A stretch of DNA of 64,000 bases from Dehalococcoidia bacterium (GTDB taxonomy: Bacteria; Chloroflexota; Dehalococcoidia; Lucifugimonadales; Australimonadaceae): contig DAOUJO010000001.1 in assembly GCA_034422595.1 (NCBI GenBank), positions 491,039 through 555,038 of the forward strand. Reading direction: 5' to 3'. Below, piece after piece: positions 45,062 to 54,586 of the stretch. The first letter of the stretch is position 1. Each line of letters opens with the position of its first letter. The translations under genes were made by a program, and so were the position numbers. The notes beneath the pieces were generated by a model that saw nothing but the letters and a program-made list of their open reading frames with translations, had not been told where the DNA came from and ran no database searches.

Positions 45062-47089
45062 CTAGCTGACGATGCGGCGCTTGCGGTTGTTGAGGTAGTC
45101 GACCAGCACGTACTGGCCCAGCTTGCCGGGCGAAGTGTAGAGCGCGCGGCCATTGTTGATGCGGGTGACGCGGTCGATGAAGTCCAGCAGGTAGTAGCTC
45201 GTCTCCAGCATGAAGGTGTTGATGGTGATGCCTTCGGCGGTGCAACGGCGGACCTCGCGCAGCGTCTCATGGATGGTGCGGTAGGTCGGGGGGTAGTTGA
45301 AGTAGGAGCGCGTCCCTTCCAGGTGGGCCGTGGGCTCGCCGTCCGTGATCATCAGGATCTGCCGCGAGCAGTTCTTGTAGGGGGCGAGCAGCTTCCGCGA
45401 CATGGCGAAGGCGTGCTGCATGTTCGTGCCGGAGACCCACATGTTCCACGTGAGCGTCGGGAGGTCGTCGGTCTTGATGGGAACGGCGTAGTCGGAGAAG
45501 CCCACCATCCAGAAGCGGTCGCGGGGGAACTTCCCGCGGATGAGCGCTTCCAGTGCGAGCGCGACGCGCTTGGCGGCGCCCCATGAGCCGAACATCCCCA
45601 TCGACTTGCTCTGGTCGATGAGCAGGACCGTGGCGGCCTGCACCACGTGCTCGGTGCGCTTCACCTCGAAGTCCTGGATGCCGACCTTCACCGGCGTGCC
45701 GACGCCCTGCCGCTCGATGGCGTTCATCACGGTGCGGTGCAGGTGTATCTCGAACGGATCGCCGAACTCGTAGGGCTTGGTCTCGTCCGTGTGCTCGCCG
45801 CCGGTGCCCCGCACCGCCAGCTCGTGGTCGCCGGCGCGGCCCTTGCGAAGGTCGCCGAAGAGGTCGCGCAGCACCTTCTGGCCTATCTTCCGCACGGCTG
45901 CGGGCGTCAGCTCCAGCCGGTCGCCGTCGCGGCGCAGGTAGCCCGCCTCCTCCAGCCGCTTCGCGATTTCGGCGAGCCGGTCCAGGTCCTGGCGGGCCTC
46001 CTCGCCGAGCAGCGCTTCGAGCATCTCCGCGTCGAGTTCGTCGAGGTCGCCCCGGCGCATCGCCTGCCTGATCTGCGCCTCGAGGTCGTCCATCGACTGC
46101 AGCTCGCCCATGACGTTCATCGCTTCTTCCAGGGTCATGTTCTCCTCGCCCTGGAAGAGACGCTGCTCGGCGAACTCGTTGAACGGGAGCATCTGGCCGA
46201 GGTTCGCGGCGAGCTCGGCCAGCTCGTCGGCGGTCTCGGGGTCCATGGCGGCGTTCATCGCCTCGAACAGTTCGCGCCGCTGCCCCGGCGACATGCTGTC
46301 GAGCAGGCTCTGCATCTGCCCCATCTGGCGGGCGAGCATCTCCATGAGCTCGTCGAAGCTGCGCGGCGGGTCGTCGCCGAACATGGCGCCCCACTTGTCC
46401 ATGAAGCCCTCGAAGTCCGGCTCCAGGCCGTCGAGCTTGTCCCGGATCATCTGGTTGAGGTCGCGCAGCATCTCGCGCATCAGGGCCATCTGCTGCGGGT
46501 CCATGTTCTCTATCTGCTGCCGCATCTCCGAGGCGACGGAGCCGAGCATCTCCTTGCGCAACTCGTCCATGAGCTCCTGGAACTTGCGCTGCGCCTCGGG
46601 GTCGATGAAGTCGAAGTCCTGGAGTTCGCGGAGCGCGCCCGCCGTGCTCTCGGGGAGCTGGTCGAGCCGTTCGCGGTTGCGGTCGGCCCGCTGCTTGAAG
46701 AGGTCGCGCAGCCGACCGGCCTGCTCCGCCTCCTCGCCGCTCATGTTCGCGAGGTTGTCCTCGATCTCGCCGAGGCGGCGCTCCATCCCTGCGCGCTCGG
46801 TCTGGAGCACGTCGTCGAGCCGCTCCTTGAGGTCGCGCATGACGGAGTCGGGGTCGTAGCGGTCGAGCGTCTGGTTGCGGCGCGAGCGCAGGCGTTCGAG
46901 GAGGTCGTCGAGTCCGGGAAGGCGGGTATCGTCGCCGCTGGCGCCGCGGCGGATGAGGTCGCGGAGTGCGCGGCGGATGTCGCCGTGGTCGATGACGTCC
47001 TCGGCCAGTGCGTCGAGGAGCGCATCGGCGTCGGCTTCGAACGGCTCCTGCGAGCCGTCCCACTGCGAGTACCGGTAGAGCCTTGCCAC
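45062..47089 (-). CDS. von Willebrand factor A (VWA) domain protein with a long acidic helical N-terminal region
   Basis: ORF 45062..47089. MIDAS-type LLIDQSKSMG near the C-terminus. Paired with the AAA+ gene. Confidence 0.8.
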   Translation of the reverse strand: MARLYRYSQWDGSQEPFEADADALLDALAEDVIDHGDIRRALRDLIRRGASGDDTRLPGLDDLLERLRSRRNQTLDRYDPDSVMRDLKERLDDVLQTERAGMERRLGEIEDNLANMSGEEAEQAGRLRDLFKQRADRNRERLDQLPESTAGALRELQDFDFIDPEAQRKFQELMDELRKEMLGSVASEMRQQIENMDPQQMALMREMLRDLNQMIRDKLDGLEPDFEGFMDKWGAMFGDDPPRSFDELMEMLARQMGQMQSLLDSMSPGQRRELFEAMNAAMDPETADELAELAANLGQMLPFNEFAEQRLFQGEENMTLEEAMNVMGELQSMDDLEAQIRQAMRRGDLDELDAEMLEALLGEEARQDLDRLAEIAKRLEEAGYLRRDGDRLELTPAAVRKIGQKVLRDLFGDLRKGRAGDHELAVRGTGGEHTDETKPYEFGDPFEIHLHRTVMNAIERQGVGTPVKVGIQDFEVKRTEHVVQAATVLLIDQSKSMGMFGSWGAAKRVALALEALIRGKFPRDRFWMVGFSDYAVPIKTDDLPTLTWNMWVSGTNMQHAFAMSRKLLAPYKNCSRQILMITDGEPTAHLEGTRSYFNYPPTYRTIHETLREVRRCTAEGITINTFMLETSYYLLDFIDRVTRINNGRALYTSPGKLGQYVLVDYLNNRKRRIVS

Positions 47090-47123
47090 GGCGGGATTGT
47101 AACCCGCCGCGCAACGGGAGCGC

Positions 47124-47615
47124 CTACCCGCCGTCCGGCGGGAACGGGTCGTCCTCGCTCGCCCGCGCCTGCGACTCCACTATGGAGATGCCCCGGCTCG
47201 TCTTGTCGCCCCAGAGGCTCTTGACGTACGTGAGCACCGCGACGATCTCGTCGTGGCTGAGCCGGTCGCCGAACGCCGGCATGGCGCTCTTGAAGCTGCT
47301 GAAGCGCGGGTCTTCGAACTCCTGCCCGCCCTTGCTGACGACGCGGTAGAGGAGGCCGTCGCCGTGGTGCCAGGTGTGGCCGTCGCCGTTCAGGGGCGGC
47401 GGGGGCAGCGTGCCGTCGTCCTTCTCGATGTGCCAGTTCGCCTGGCCCTCGCCTCCGGCGCCGTGACACGTGGCGCAGTTCGCCGCGAACAGCTCCTGCC
47501 CCCTCGACACGACCGCAGGATCGTAGGGAGACGACGACGTGCAGGCGGTCATCAGGAGGAAGGCGAGCGGGAGCGCGGCGAATGCGACGAGACGGGCGCG
47601 AGCCACGTTAACCAA
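47124..47615 (-). CDS. Class I c-type cytochrome, putative lipoprotein
   Basis: ORF 47124..47615. Signal peptide with LLMTAC. Heme site CATCHG. Confidence 0.8.
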   Translation of the reverse strand: MVNVARARLVAFAALPLAFLLMTACTSSSPYDPAVVSRGQELFAANCATCHGAGGEGQANWHIEKDDGTLPPPPLNGDGHTWHHGDGLLYRVVSKGGQEFEDPRFSSFKSAMPAFGDRLSHDEIVAVLTYVKSLWGDKTSRGISIVESQARASEDDPFPPDGG

Positions 47616-47633
47616 CGCTGTCCCCGCGACCCC

Positions 47634-48905
47634 CTACACCTTCGACACCATGTGCTCCCGGCCGCCTTCCTCGATGGCGACCGTCTTCGGGAGCACGATG
47701 TCGAGCGAGCGGACGCGGAACGCTCCGCCGTTGCGGGCCTCCGGCGGCTCCTGGCCTTCCATCAATTGCCGCACGGAGCGCATCAGCCGCCGTCGCACCT
47801 GGATGATGGCCGTGTCGCTGCTCACGAGATGCTCGCGCGTGCGGTCGGACACCGGCCCGCCGTGCTGCACCTCCGTCACTGCGAAGTCCTGCGCCGGTAT
47901 CGACTTGATGCCCGTGAACGAGTAGTGCCGCTGCGTGGCACGGTCGAGCAGGTAGTCGTTCGACCTGTTCTCCTTCGTGCGGAACGTGCCGGGGATCATC
48001 TCAGGGAAGAGGACGCCCTTGTCGCGGTAGATGGAGAGCTCCTCCGGCGTCAGCGGACGCTCGGCGTGCCAGCGCACACGGAAGGCGACGGCGTGCTCGT
48101 CGTCCACCGGCACCTTCACCTGGCAGAGGACGGGGTCGCCGGGGCGCGCCGCGATCATCGTATAGAACGGGAGCATCCACTGGTTCACGCGCCAGTAGTA
48201 GTTCTCGCCCGCGTCGCGCCGAGCGGTCAGCATCACGCCGTACTCGGTGTCGGTCACCGTCCACACGGGCGCCTTGTCGGCGGCGGTCAGGTCCTCGATG
48301 CCGTTCGCGCGGCCGTCTATCACTGTCCCGCTCTTGACGTAGCTGTGCAGGAAGCCGAGGTGGCTGGAGTCGATGTCGGCCTCCATCGTCTGGAGGTAGT
48401 TGCAGTCCAGGAACATCTTGGAGATGTAGCGCTGGTCGTTCGGGACGCGCGTCCACTCCATCTCCGGGAACTCCGGCACGCCGTTCTCACGCGGACCGAG
48501 ATATGCCCAGATGACCCCGCCGCGCTCGACCGCCGGGTACGCGCGGGCGCGTATCTTCTCTTTGAACGTCGCGCCCTCCGGCGCGTTCGGCACGTCGACG
48601 CACGTACCCTCGACGTCGTACTTCCAGCCGTGGTAGACGCAGCGCAGGCCCTCCTCCTCGTTCCGCCCGTAGAAGAGGTCCGCGCCTCGGTGCGCGCACC
48701 ACGGCTCCAGCACGCCGATGCGGCCCTTGCTGTCCTTGAACGCGACGAGGTCCTCGCCGAGTATCCGCGCGCGGACGGGGTCGCAATCGGGCGCGGGCAG
48801 CTCCTCCGCGAGCAGGATGGGCGTCCAGAGGCGTCGCGCGAGTTCGCCCATCGGCGTGCCCCGCCCAACCTTCGTGATGAGTTCGTTCTCTTCAGCGCTG
48901 AGCAT
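47634..48905 (-). CDS. Rieske [2Fe-2S] non-heme iron oxygenase (paralog of 8688-9956)
   Basis: ORF 47634..48905: ENELITKVGRGTPMGEL, CAHRGADLFYG...CVYHGW. Confidence 0.85.
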   Translation of the reverse strand: MLSAEENELITKVGRGTPMGELARRLWTPILLAEELPAPDCDPVRARILGEDLVAFKDSKGRIGVLEPWCAHRGADLFYGRNEEEGLRCVYHGWKYDVEGTCVDVPNAPEGATFKEKIRARAYPAVERGGVIWAYLGPRENGVPEFPEMEWTRVPNDQRYISKMFLDCNYLQTMEADIDSSHLGFLHSYVKSGTVIDGRANGIEDLTAADKAPVWTVTDTEYGVMLTARRDAGENYYWRVNQWMLPFYTMIAARPGDPVLCQVKVPVDDEHAVAFRVRWHAERPLTPEELSIYRDKGVLFPEMIPGTFRTKENRSNDYLLDRATQRHYSFTGIKSIPAQDFAVTEVQHGGPVSDRTREHLVSSDTAIIQVRRRLMRSVRQLMEGQEPPEARNGGAFRVRSLDIVLPKTVAIEEGGREHMVSKV

Positions 48906-49017
48906 CGCTGCCCTCCCCGCGTTCCGTGTGGTTGCGCTGGGCGCATTCTACCGTGAGGCGCAAGCACGCGCAGTGCGTGATACGCTCACGCCGAACACAA
49001 ACGGCGGGGAGGTACCC

Positions 49018-50190
49018 ATGGGCGAACTGGACACGTTGCGCGTCGACAACATCGGCAGCCTCCGCAGGCCGGACTCCTTGCTCGACATGCGCGCCCGCTT
49101 CGAGAGCGGCGACGCCACGTCCGAGGAACTGGCGGAGCTGGAGGACGAACTCATCAAGGAAGTCATCGCGCACCAGGAGCGGGTCGGCTTCCCCATCGTG
49201 ACCGACGGCGAGTTCCGCCGCAGCAACTTCCAGGACAGCTTCGGCGCCGCCGTCTCCGGCTATGCAACGCCCGAGAGCCGCGAGGAGTACGAGCGCTGGC
49301 GGGAGGGCAGCCGCTCCGAACGGCAGGAGCGCGTCGAGTCCGGCCCGCAGGTCGCGGGGCCGCCCGTCGTGTCCCGCATCCCGGCGGTCGAGCGGCTCAC
49401 GCTGACGCGTAACCTGCCGCTGGAGGAGTACGTGTTCGCTGCGAGCGTCGCGCGCGCATCCGCCAAGGTGACGCTCATCGGGCCGGACCGGGTCGCGCAG
49501 CGCTTCGACTGGCAGGCGTCGGAAGGCGTCTACGAGGACCTGGACGACTTCAGAAAGCACGTCGCGGAGATACAACGCGAGATGGTGCGCCAGCTGGTCG
49601 ATGCGGGCTGCCCCTACGTCCACATCGACGCACCGGGCTACACGGCCTATGTCGACGAGCCGTCGCTCGCGGCGATGCAGTCGCGCGGCGAGGACCCGGC
49701 GGAGAACCTGACGCGGTCCATCGCTGCCGACAACCGCGTCATCGAGGGCGTCGAGGCCACGTGCGGCATCCACCTCTGCCGCGGCAACTCGCGCGCCATC
49801 GACCCGCTCACCGGCAGGATGGTCGCGCAGTGGCACCGCGAGGGGCACTACGACCCCATCGCGGAGCAGCTCTTCACCCAGCTCAACCACAAGCGTCTGA
49901 TGCTGGAGTACGACAGCGAGCGCGCGGGCAGTTTCGAGCCGCTGCGCTTCGTGCCGAAGGACAAGATCGTCGTGCTCGGCCTCGTCACCACGAAGAGCAC
50001 GGACGTCGAGACGATGGATGACCTGAAGCGCCGCATCGACGAGGCGTCGCGCTACATCGACGGCGACCAGCTCGCGCTCAGCCCCCAGTGCGGGTTCGCC
50101 AGCGGCGGAGGCGGCGAGACGGTGCCCGAGGACGTGCAGTGGCGCAAGCTGGACGTGATACTGGAGACTGCCGCTCGCGTCTGGGGCTAG
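49018..50190 (+). CDS. Cobalamin-independent methionine synthase (MetE C-terminal-like) family protein
   Basis: Within ORF 48718..50190, ATG 49018 preceded by GGGGAGG. VGFPIVTDGEFRR..., LSPQCGF. Confidence 0.8.
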   Translation: MGELDTLRVDNIGSLRRPDSLLDMRARFESGDATSEELAELEDELIKEVIAHQERVGFPIVTDGEFRRSNFQDSFGAAVSGYATPESREEYERWREGSRSERQERVESGPQVAGPPVVSRIPAVERLTLTRNLPLEEYVFAASVARASAKVTLIGPDRVAQRFDWQASEGVYEDLDDFRKHVAEIQREMVRQLVDAGCPYVHIDAPGYTAYVDEPSLAAMQSRGEDPAENLTRSIAADNRVIEGVEATCGIHLCRGNSRAIDPLTGRMVAQWHREGHYDPIAEQLFTQLNHKRLMLEYDSERAGSFEPLRFVPKDKIVVLGLVTTKSTDVETMDDLKRRIDEASRYIDGDQLALSPQCGFASGGGGETVPEDVQWRKLDVILETAARVWG

Positions 50191-50205
50191 GCCCCGAACA
50201 CGCTG

Positions 50206-50523
50206 CTAGAGGCCGGACTGGCCTGTCCGCAGCGTGTAGGCGGCCTCGACGTCGGTGACGAACGCCCTCCCGTCGCCCGGGAACCCGGTCGCGGCTGCCG
50301 CCTGTATCGTGTCGGCGACGGTCTGGACCTGGTCGTCCTCGACAACGATCATCATCATGGACTTCGCCAGTTCGTCGTATATCTGACCGCCCACCTGCAC
50401 ACCCTGCTGCTTGCCCCGGCCGAGCACGTCCCACTTCGTCATCGCGGGGAAACCGCTCTTCGCAAGAGCGGAGGCGACCGCGTCTTCCTTCTCCGGCCGG
50501 ATCACTGCGCGTACCATCTTCAT
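50206..50523 (-). CDS. P-II family nitrogen regulatory protein (105 aa)
   Basis: ORF 50206..50523: MKMVRAVIRPEK..., GDGRAFV. Confidence 0.85.
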   Translation of the reverse strand: MKMVRAVIRPEKEDAVASALAKSGFPAMTKWDVLGRGKQQGVQVGGQIYDELAKSMMMIVVEDDQVQTVADTIQAAAATGFPGDGRAFVTDVEAAYTLRTGQSGL

Positions 50524-50550
50524 GTTTCGTCTCCCTTCTGGGCCTGTGGT

Positions 50551-52089
50551 TCAGCTGACCGGCACCATCAGTACGCGGTCCTCAGCGGGCTGTTCCCGTC
50601 TGATCTTCTTCAGCGTGGCCAGGTTGTCGATGACAACGGGCATCAGTTCGTCGAGCATGCTCACTGGAACGAGGTCCATGATCTTCTCTCCGGGGCGCGG
50701 ATCGGTCCCGGTGCGGCCTCCGACGAAGATGCTGACCGCGTCCACAACCTCTCCGTCGACACGGGCCTTGGCCCCCTGGAAGCCGATGTCGGCTGCGTGG
50801 TGGTTGCCGCAGCCCGCGGGGCAGCCCGACCAGTTCATCGTGAGCGGAGCGGCGTCCGGGAACCGGGCCGCCAGGCTCTCGGCGAGCTGCTTCCCGAGCG
50901 CTTTCGTCTCGATCAGCGCCAGGTTGCAGTAGTCCTTTCCGGTGCAGCTCACCAGGCCGCGCGTGAATGCGGGCGGCGAAGGAGAGAACCGGGTGAGGAG
51001 GGGGTCGTCGAGGAGCGGCTGGACGTCCTCTTCCGGCACGCCCACGACGATCGCGTTCTGGCCGGTCGTAAGACGTACGGCCCCCGCGCCGTAGACCTCG
51101 GCGAGCCGGGCGAGTTCCATCATGTCGGCGGCCTGCGTCCTGCCGGTGGGAACGCAGAGCCCCACCGAGTAGAGGCCATCCTGACGCTGTGCGGCGACGC
51201 CGAGGTGGTCCGTTGTGTGTTGCATCCGCACGTCCCGGCCTGCGGACGTGAACGGAGCTCCCCATCGCTCCTCCAGCCGCTGCCGGAAGAGCTCGGCGCC
51301 CCACTCCTGCACGAGGAAGGCGAGGCGGGTCTTCGTGCGCTGCTCACGGGCGCCCTCGTCGCGGAACAGCAGCGTGATCGTTGCCGCGAGCCGGGACGCC
51401 TCTTCGGGTGCAACGAATATGTCCAGCGGCTGGGCGACGGTCATGCCGCCGGAACCCATCTTGCCCCCGACGGCGACGTTGAAGCCGTGCGTGGCCTGCG
51501 GGCCGATGGCGGGAGTGAGCGCGATGTCCTGCGTCTCGCTGTGCGTGCAGTTTTCGAGGCAGCCGGTGATGGTGACGTTCAGCTTGCGCGGGAGGTTGGT
51601 GTACTCGCGGTTGCCGAGGAACGTCTGCGTGAACTGTTCGCCGACCGGCGCGGCGTCGAACAGTTCGTAGGGCGTCAGGCCGGAGAGGGCGCAGGTATTG
51701 ACGCCGCGGATGTTGTCCATGCCGGTCTGCAGCGAGGTGAGGTCGACGCCCCGCAACGCTTCGAGGATGTCGGGGACGTCGCGTATCTGGACGGCCCGCA
51801 GTTCCAGTTGCTGCCGGGTGGTGATGTCGATAACACCGTTACCGAGGCGCTGCGCGAGCGAGGCCAGCGTGTGGAGCTGGCGCGAGGCAAGCTGACCGTT
51901 GGTGATGCGGATCCGCATCATGAAGCGTCCGGGAGTGGGCTTGCGGAAGAACGTGCCTATCCACTTCAACCGTTCGCGGTCGTCCGGTTCGAGCGTCTCC
52001 CAGCCGCCGTGCTGCGCGGCGAGTTCGTCTATCTCGTCCAGGATGTCGAGTCCGTTCTTCTCGTCCTTGATGCGCTCGATGGGGTTCAT
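50551..52089 (-). CDS. nirA: Ferredoxin-type nitrite (or sulfite) reductase, siroheme/[4Fe-4S]
   Basis: ORF 50551..52089. Cys cluster SCTGKDYC ... GCPAGC. Adjacent to narK. Confidence 0.85.
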   Translation of the reverse strand: MNPIERIKDEKNGLDILDEIDELAAQHGGWETLEPDDRERLKWIGTFFRKPTPGRFMMRIRITNGQLASRQLHTLASLAQRLGNGVIDITTRQQLELRAVQIRDVPDILEALRGVDLTSLQTGMDNIRGVNTCALSGLTPYELFDAAPVGEQFTQTFLGNREYTNLPRKLNVTITGCLENCTHSETQDIALTPAIGPQATHGFNVAVGGKMGSGGMTVAQPLDIFVAPEEASRLAATITLLFRDEGAREQRTKTRLAFLVQEWGAELFRQRLEERWGAPFTSAGRDVRMQHTTDHLGVAAQRQDGLYSVGLCVPTGRTQAADMMELARLAEVYGAGAVRLTTGQNAIVVGVPEEDVQPLLDDPLLTRFSPSPPAFTRGLVSCTGKDYCNLALIETKALGKQLAESLAARFPDAAPLTMNWSGCPAGCGNHHAADIGFQGAKARVDGEVVDAVSIFVGGRTGTDPRPGEKIMDLVPVSMLDELMPVVIDNLATLKKIRREQPAEDRVLMVPVS

Positions 52090-52098
52090 GCGTTTCCT

Positions 52099-53469
52099 TT
52101 ACGTATTGCTGTACAGGGCCATCGGGACACGCTTGGCGTACGCGGGAGCGATGGCGGCGGCCCCCCGTCCGAGGGCGCGCTCCATCGCGATGCGCTCCTC
52201 GGCCTCGCGTTCAGGCGAGAAACGCACCACGAGCACGAGCGCGGACATACCGGTAACGATGGCCGCGAGGTAGAGCAGCGCCTGTTCGGTTGAGAGCGAC
52301 TCGATGCGGAACAGGAACCCGGCTGCGACGGCCCCTGCATTGCCGCCCGCCCCCACGATGCCTGCCACGGCTCCCAGCGCGCGGCGGTTGATGAACGGGA
52401 CGACCGAGAACGTCGCGCCTTCCGACATCTGCACGAAGAGGCTGAACACGAGCATGGAGAGGATGGCCACGGGCAGGACGGCCATCTGCGAGAAGACAGC
52501 CAGCGCGAGGCCTTCCAGCAGGAGCACGGTGCCGAGGAAGAGCGTCCTGCCCCTGAGGCCGAAGCGTACCCCTGCGAGGTCGCCGAAGATGCCTCCGAGC
52601 GTGCGGGCGAAGAGGTTCATCAGCCCGAAGAGCCCGGCGATGAGGCCCGCCATCGCGACGCTGAGCCCGAAGCGGTCGTGGTAGTAGAGAGCGGCGATGT
52701 TGTTCATGGTGAGTTCCACGCCGAAGCAGGCGCCATAGACCAGGAAGAGCGCCCAGACGCGGTGGTCTCTGGCTGCCTCCAGGAACGCCCCCCTGGCGCT
52801 GGCGTCCTGCGTCTTCGACGCACGCGCTTCACCGTCCGGCGTGTCCTGGGTGAGCCGGTAGTAGGCGATGCCCATGAGGAAGAGCGCGATGCCCGGGAAC
52901 ACCATGGCGAGGCGCCAGCCGAGTACCTCGCTTGCGCCGAACCCGAGGATGGCCGCGAGGATCAGCGGCATCACCATCTGCGTGACGCCCCCTCCGAGAT
53001 TGCCCCAGCCCGCGGTCGTCGCGTTAGCGGTCCCGACGACGTTGGGCGCGAACATGACCGACGTGTGGTATTGCGTGATGACGAACGAGGCTCCGATCAC
53101 GCCGATGGCAAGGCGGAAGAGCAGGAAGGACTCGTAGCTGGTTGCGAGCCCGATGCTCATCACCGGGATGGATCCCACGATGAGCAGCCCGGTGTAGGTC
53201 CGGCGGGGGCCGATCCGGTCGCACAGCCACCCCGCGAACAGGCGGGCGGCGATGGTGACCGCGACGGATGCGATGACCGTGTTGCCGACCTGCGTTTTGG
53301 TCAACCCCAGGTCGTCGCGGACGATGGCCATCATCGGCGCGATGCCGAACCACCCGAAGAACGCGAGGAAGAAGGCGAACCAGCTCATGTGGAACGCGCG
53401 CATGTGCGGGCGGGCGAAACTGAAGAGGGAGATGCTCGCCGCCTTGTGGGTCTGGGGGTCTATCCTCAT
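52099..53469 (-). CDS. narK: Nitrate/nitrite transporter, NNP family MFS
   Basis: ORF 52099..53469. Nitrate signature motifs GWGNLGGG and GAGGNAG. Confidence 0.88.
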   Translation of the reverse strand: MRIDPQTHKAASISLFSFARPHMRAFHMSWFAFFLAFFGWFGIAPMMAIVRDDLGLTKTQVGNTVIASVAVTIAARLFAGWLCDRIGPRRTYTGLLIVGSIPVMSIGLATSYESFLLFRLAIGVIGASFVITQYHTSVMFAPNVVGTANATTAGWGNLGGGVTQMVMPLILAAILGFGASEVLGWRLAMVFPGIALFLMGIAYYRLTQDTPDGEARASKTQDASARGAFLEAARDHRVWALFLVYGACFGVELTMNNIAALYYHDRFGLSVAMAGLIAGLFGLMNLFARTLGGIFGDLAGVRFGLRGRTLFLGTVLLLEGLALAVFSQMAVLPVAILSMLVFSLFVQMSEGATFSVVPFINRRALGAVAGIVGAGGNAGAVAAGFLFRIESLSTEQALLYLAAIVTGMSALVLVVRFSPEREAEERIAMERALGRGAAAIAPAYAKRVPMALYSNT

Positions 53470-53517
53470 GCTCGCTCAGCCTCTGCGTTGGACTGGGACC
53501 GCGGCGTCCGGCTCGGC

Positions 53518-54168
53518 CTAGATGTCGGCCGACGCCTCACCGCTGCCGACCTTGGCCACGACGACGTGCGCCTTCTCCTGGCCGGGCGCTCCGAGGACGG
53601 ATGTCTTGCTCTGTCCCAGGAGCCGCTTGATGCCGTGAGGGTCCCGCACGAAGCACCGGACCTGGTGCAGCCACTTCACGCTCTTGTACCCCTGCAGGAA
53701 CGGCACCCAGAGACGGACCGGCCCGCCGAGCTCGTGCGGCAGCGCCTCTCCGTTGATCTCGTGGACCAAAAGCACCCTCGGGTCGCGGGCAAGGCTCTTG
53801 GGCAGGCTTTCGAAGTACATGCCGTCGGCTGAGTAGAAAGCGAGGTAACCCGCGGAGGCGAGGTCGATGCCCGCAGCCTCGAGCACTGACTGGAGCCGCA
53901 CGCCGGTCACCCGCGGCGTCTCCGACCAGTTGAAGATCTGGCAGACGAGCGGGGTAGGTTCGCAGACCACCGGCAAACGCTCGATGTCCTCCCACCGTAC
54001 GACGGTCGTCTTCCCGGTTACGTCCGTCAGGCTCATCTGCCAGTCAGCCAGCGACTGCGGCTCCGGCATGGGGAAGAGGGAGAGGATGGGCAGCGGCTCG
54101 GCCTCGAAGTCCATCGCCGCGAACTGATCCTTGAACTTCGGGTAGTTGACGTAGGGGCGCAGCACCAT
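53518..54168 (-). CDS. Sulfite-oxidase-fold molybdopterin-binding oxidoreductase domain protein (216 aa, no signal peptide)
   Basis: Within ORF 53518..54333, ATG 54168. LVCQIFNWSETPRVTGVRL (candidate Mo-ligand Cys), LLVHEINGEALPHELGGPVRLWVP, YKSVKWL. Confidence 0.8.
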   Translation of the reverse strand: MVLRPYVNYPKFKDQFAAMDFEAEPLPILSLFPMPEPQSLADWQMSLTDVTGKTTVVRWEDIERLPVVCEPTPLVCQIFNWSETPRVTGVRLQSVLEAAGIDLASAGYLAFYSADGMYFESLPKSLARDPRVLLVHEINGEALPHELGGPVRLWVPFLQGYKSVKWLHQVRCFVRDPHGIKRLLGQSKTSVLGAPGQEKAHVVVAKVGSGEASADI

Positions 54169-54170
54169 GA

Positions 54171-54527
54171 CTAGACCGCGCCCGCGCTCGCGAGCACTTG
54201 CTCGGGCTGCTCCGTGCAGATGACTTCCTGCAGTGGGCATATGAACACCTTGCCGTCGCCGTAGTTGTCGGACCTGTTGGCTGCGATCAGCGCGTTCGCG
54301 AGAGGCGTTGCGACCTCGTCCGGCACCGCCCATGCCAGCATCCGCTTCGGAAGGAACTGCATCACGCCGTCGTCCTCTCCGTTGATGGGTCGCATGTAGC
54401 GGAGACCTCGCTGGCGGCCCCGGCCCATAACGCGACGGTGCGTGTACGCGGATACGCCCAAGGCGAAGGCGGCATCAACGCTCGCCTGCCACTTCTCCGG
54501 CCGGATGACAGCTATGACTTCTTTCAA
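54171..54527 (-). CDS. P-II-like protein (divergent)
   Basis: Within ORF 54171..54560. Preferred start is TTG 54527, preceded by GGAGG at 8-nt spacing, giving MKEVIAVIRPEKW. GDGKVFI. Confidence 0.7.
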   Translation of the reverse strand: MKEVIAVIRPEKWQASVDAAFALGVSAYTHRRVMGRGRQRGLRYMRPINGEDDGVMQFLPKRMLAWAVPDEVATPLANALIAANRSDNYGDGKVFICPLQEVICTEQPEQVLASAGAV

Positions 54528-54586
54528 GGGGGGCGCCTCCTGCGGCATTGCTTGCATCAAGCGTAGACGCAGGGTGTATCGAGCCG

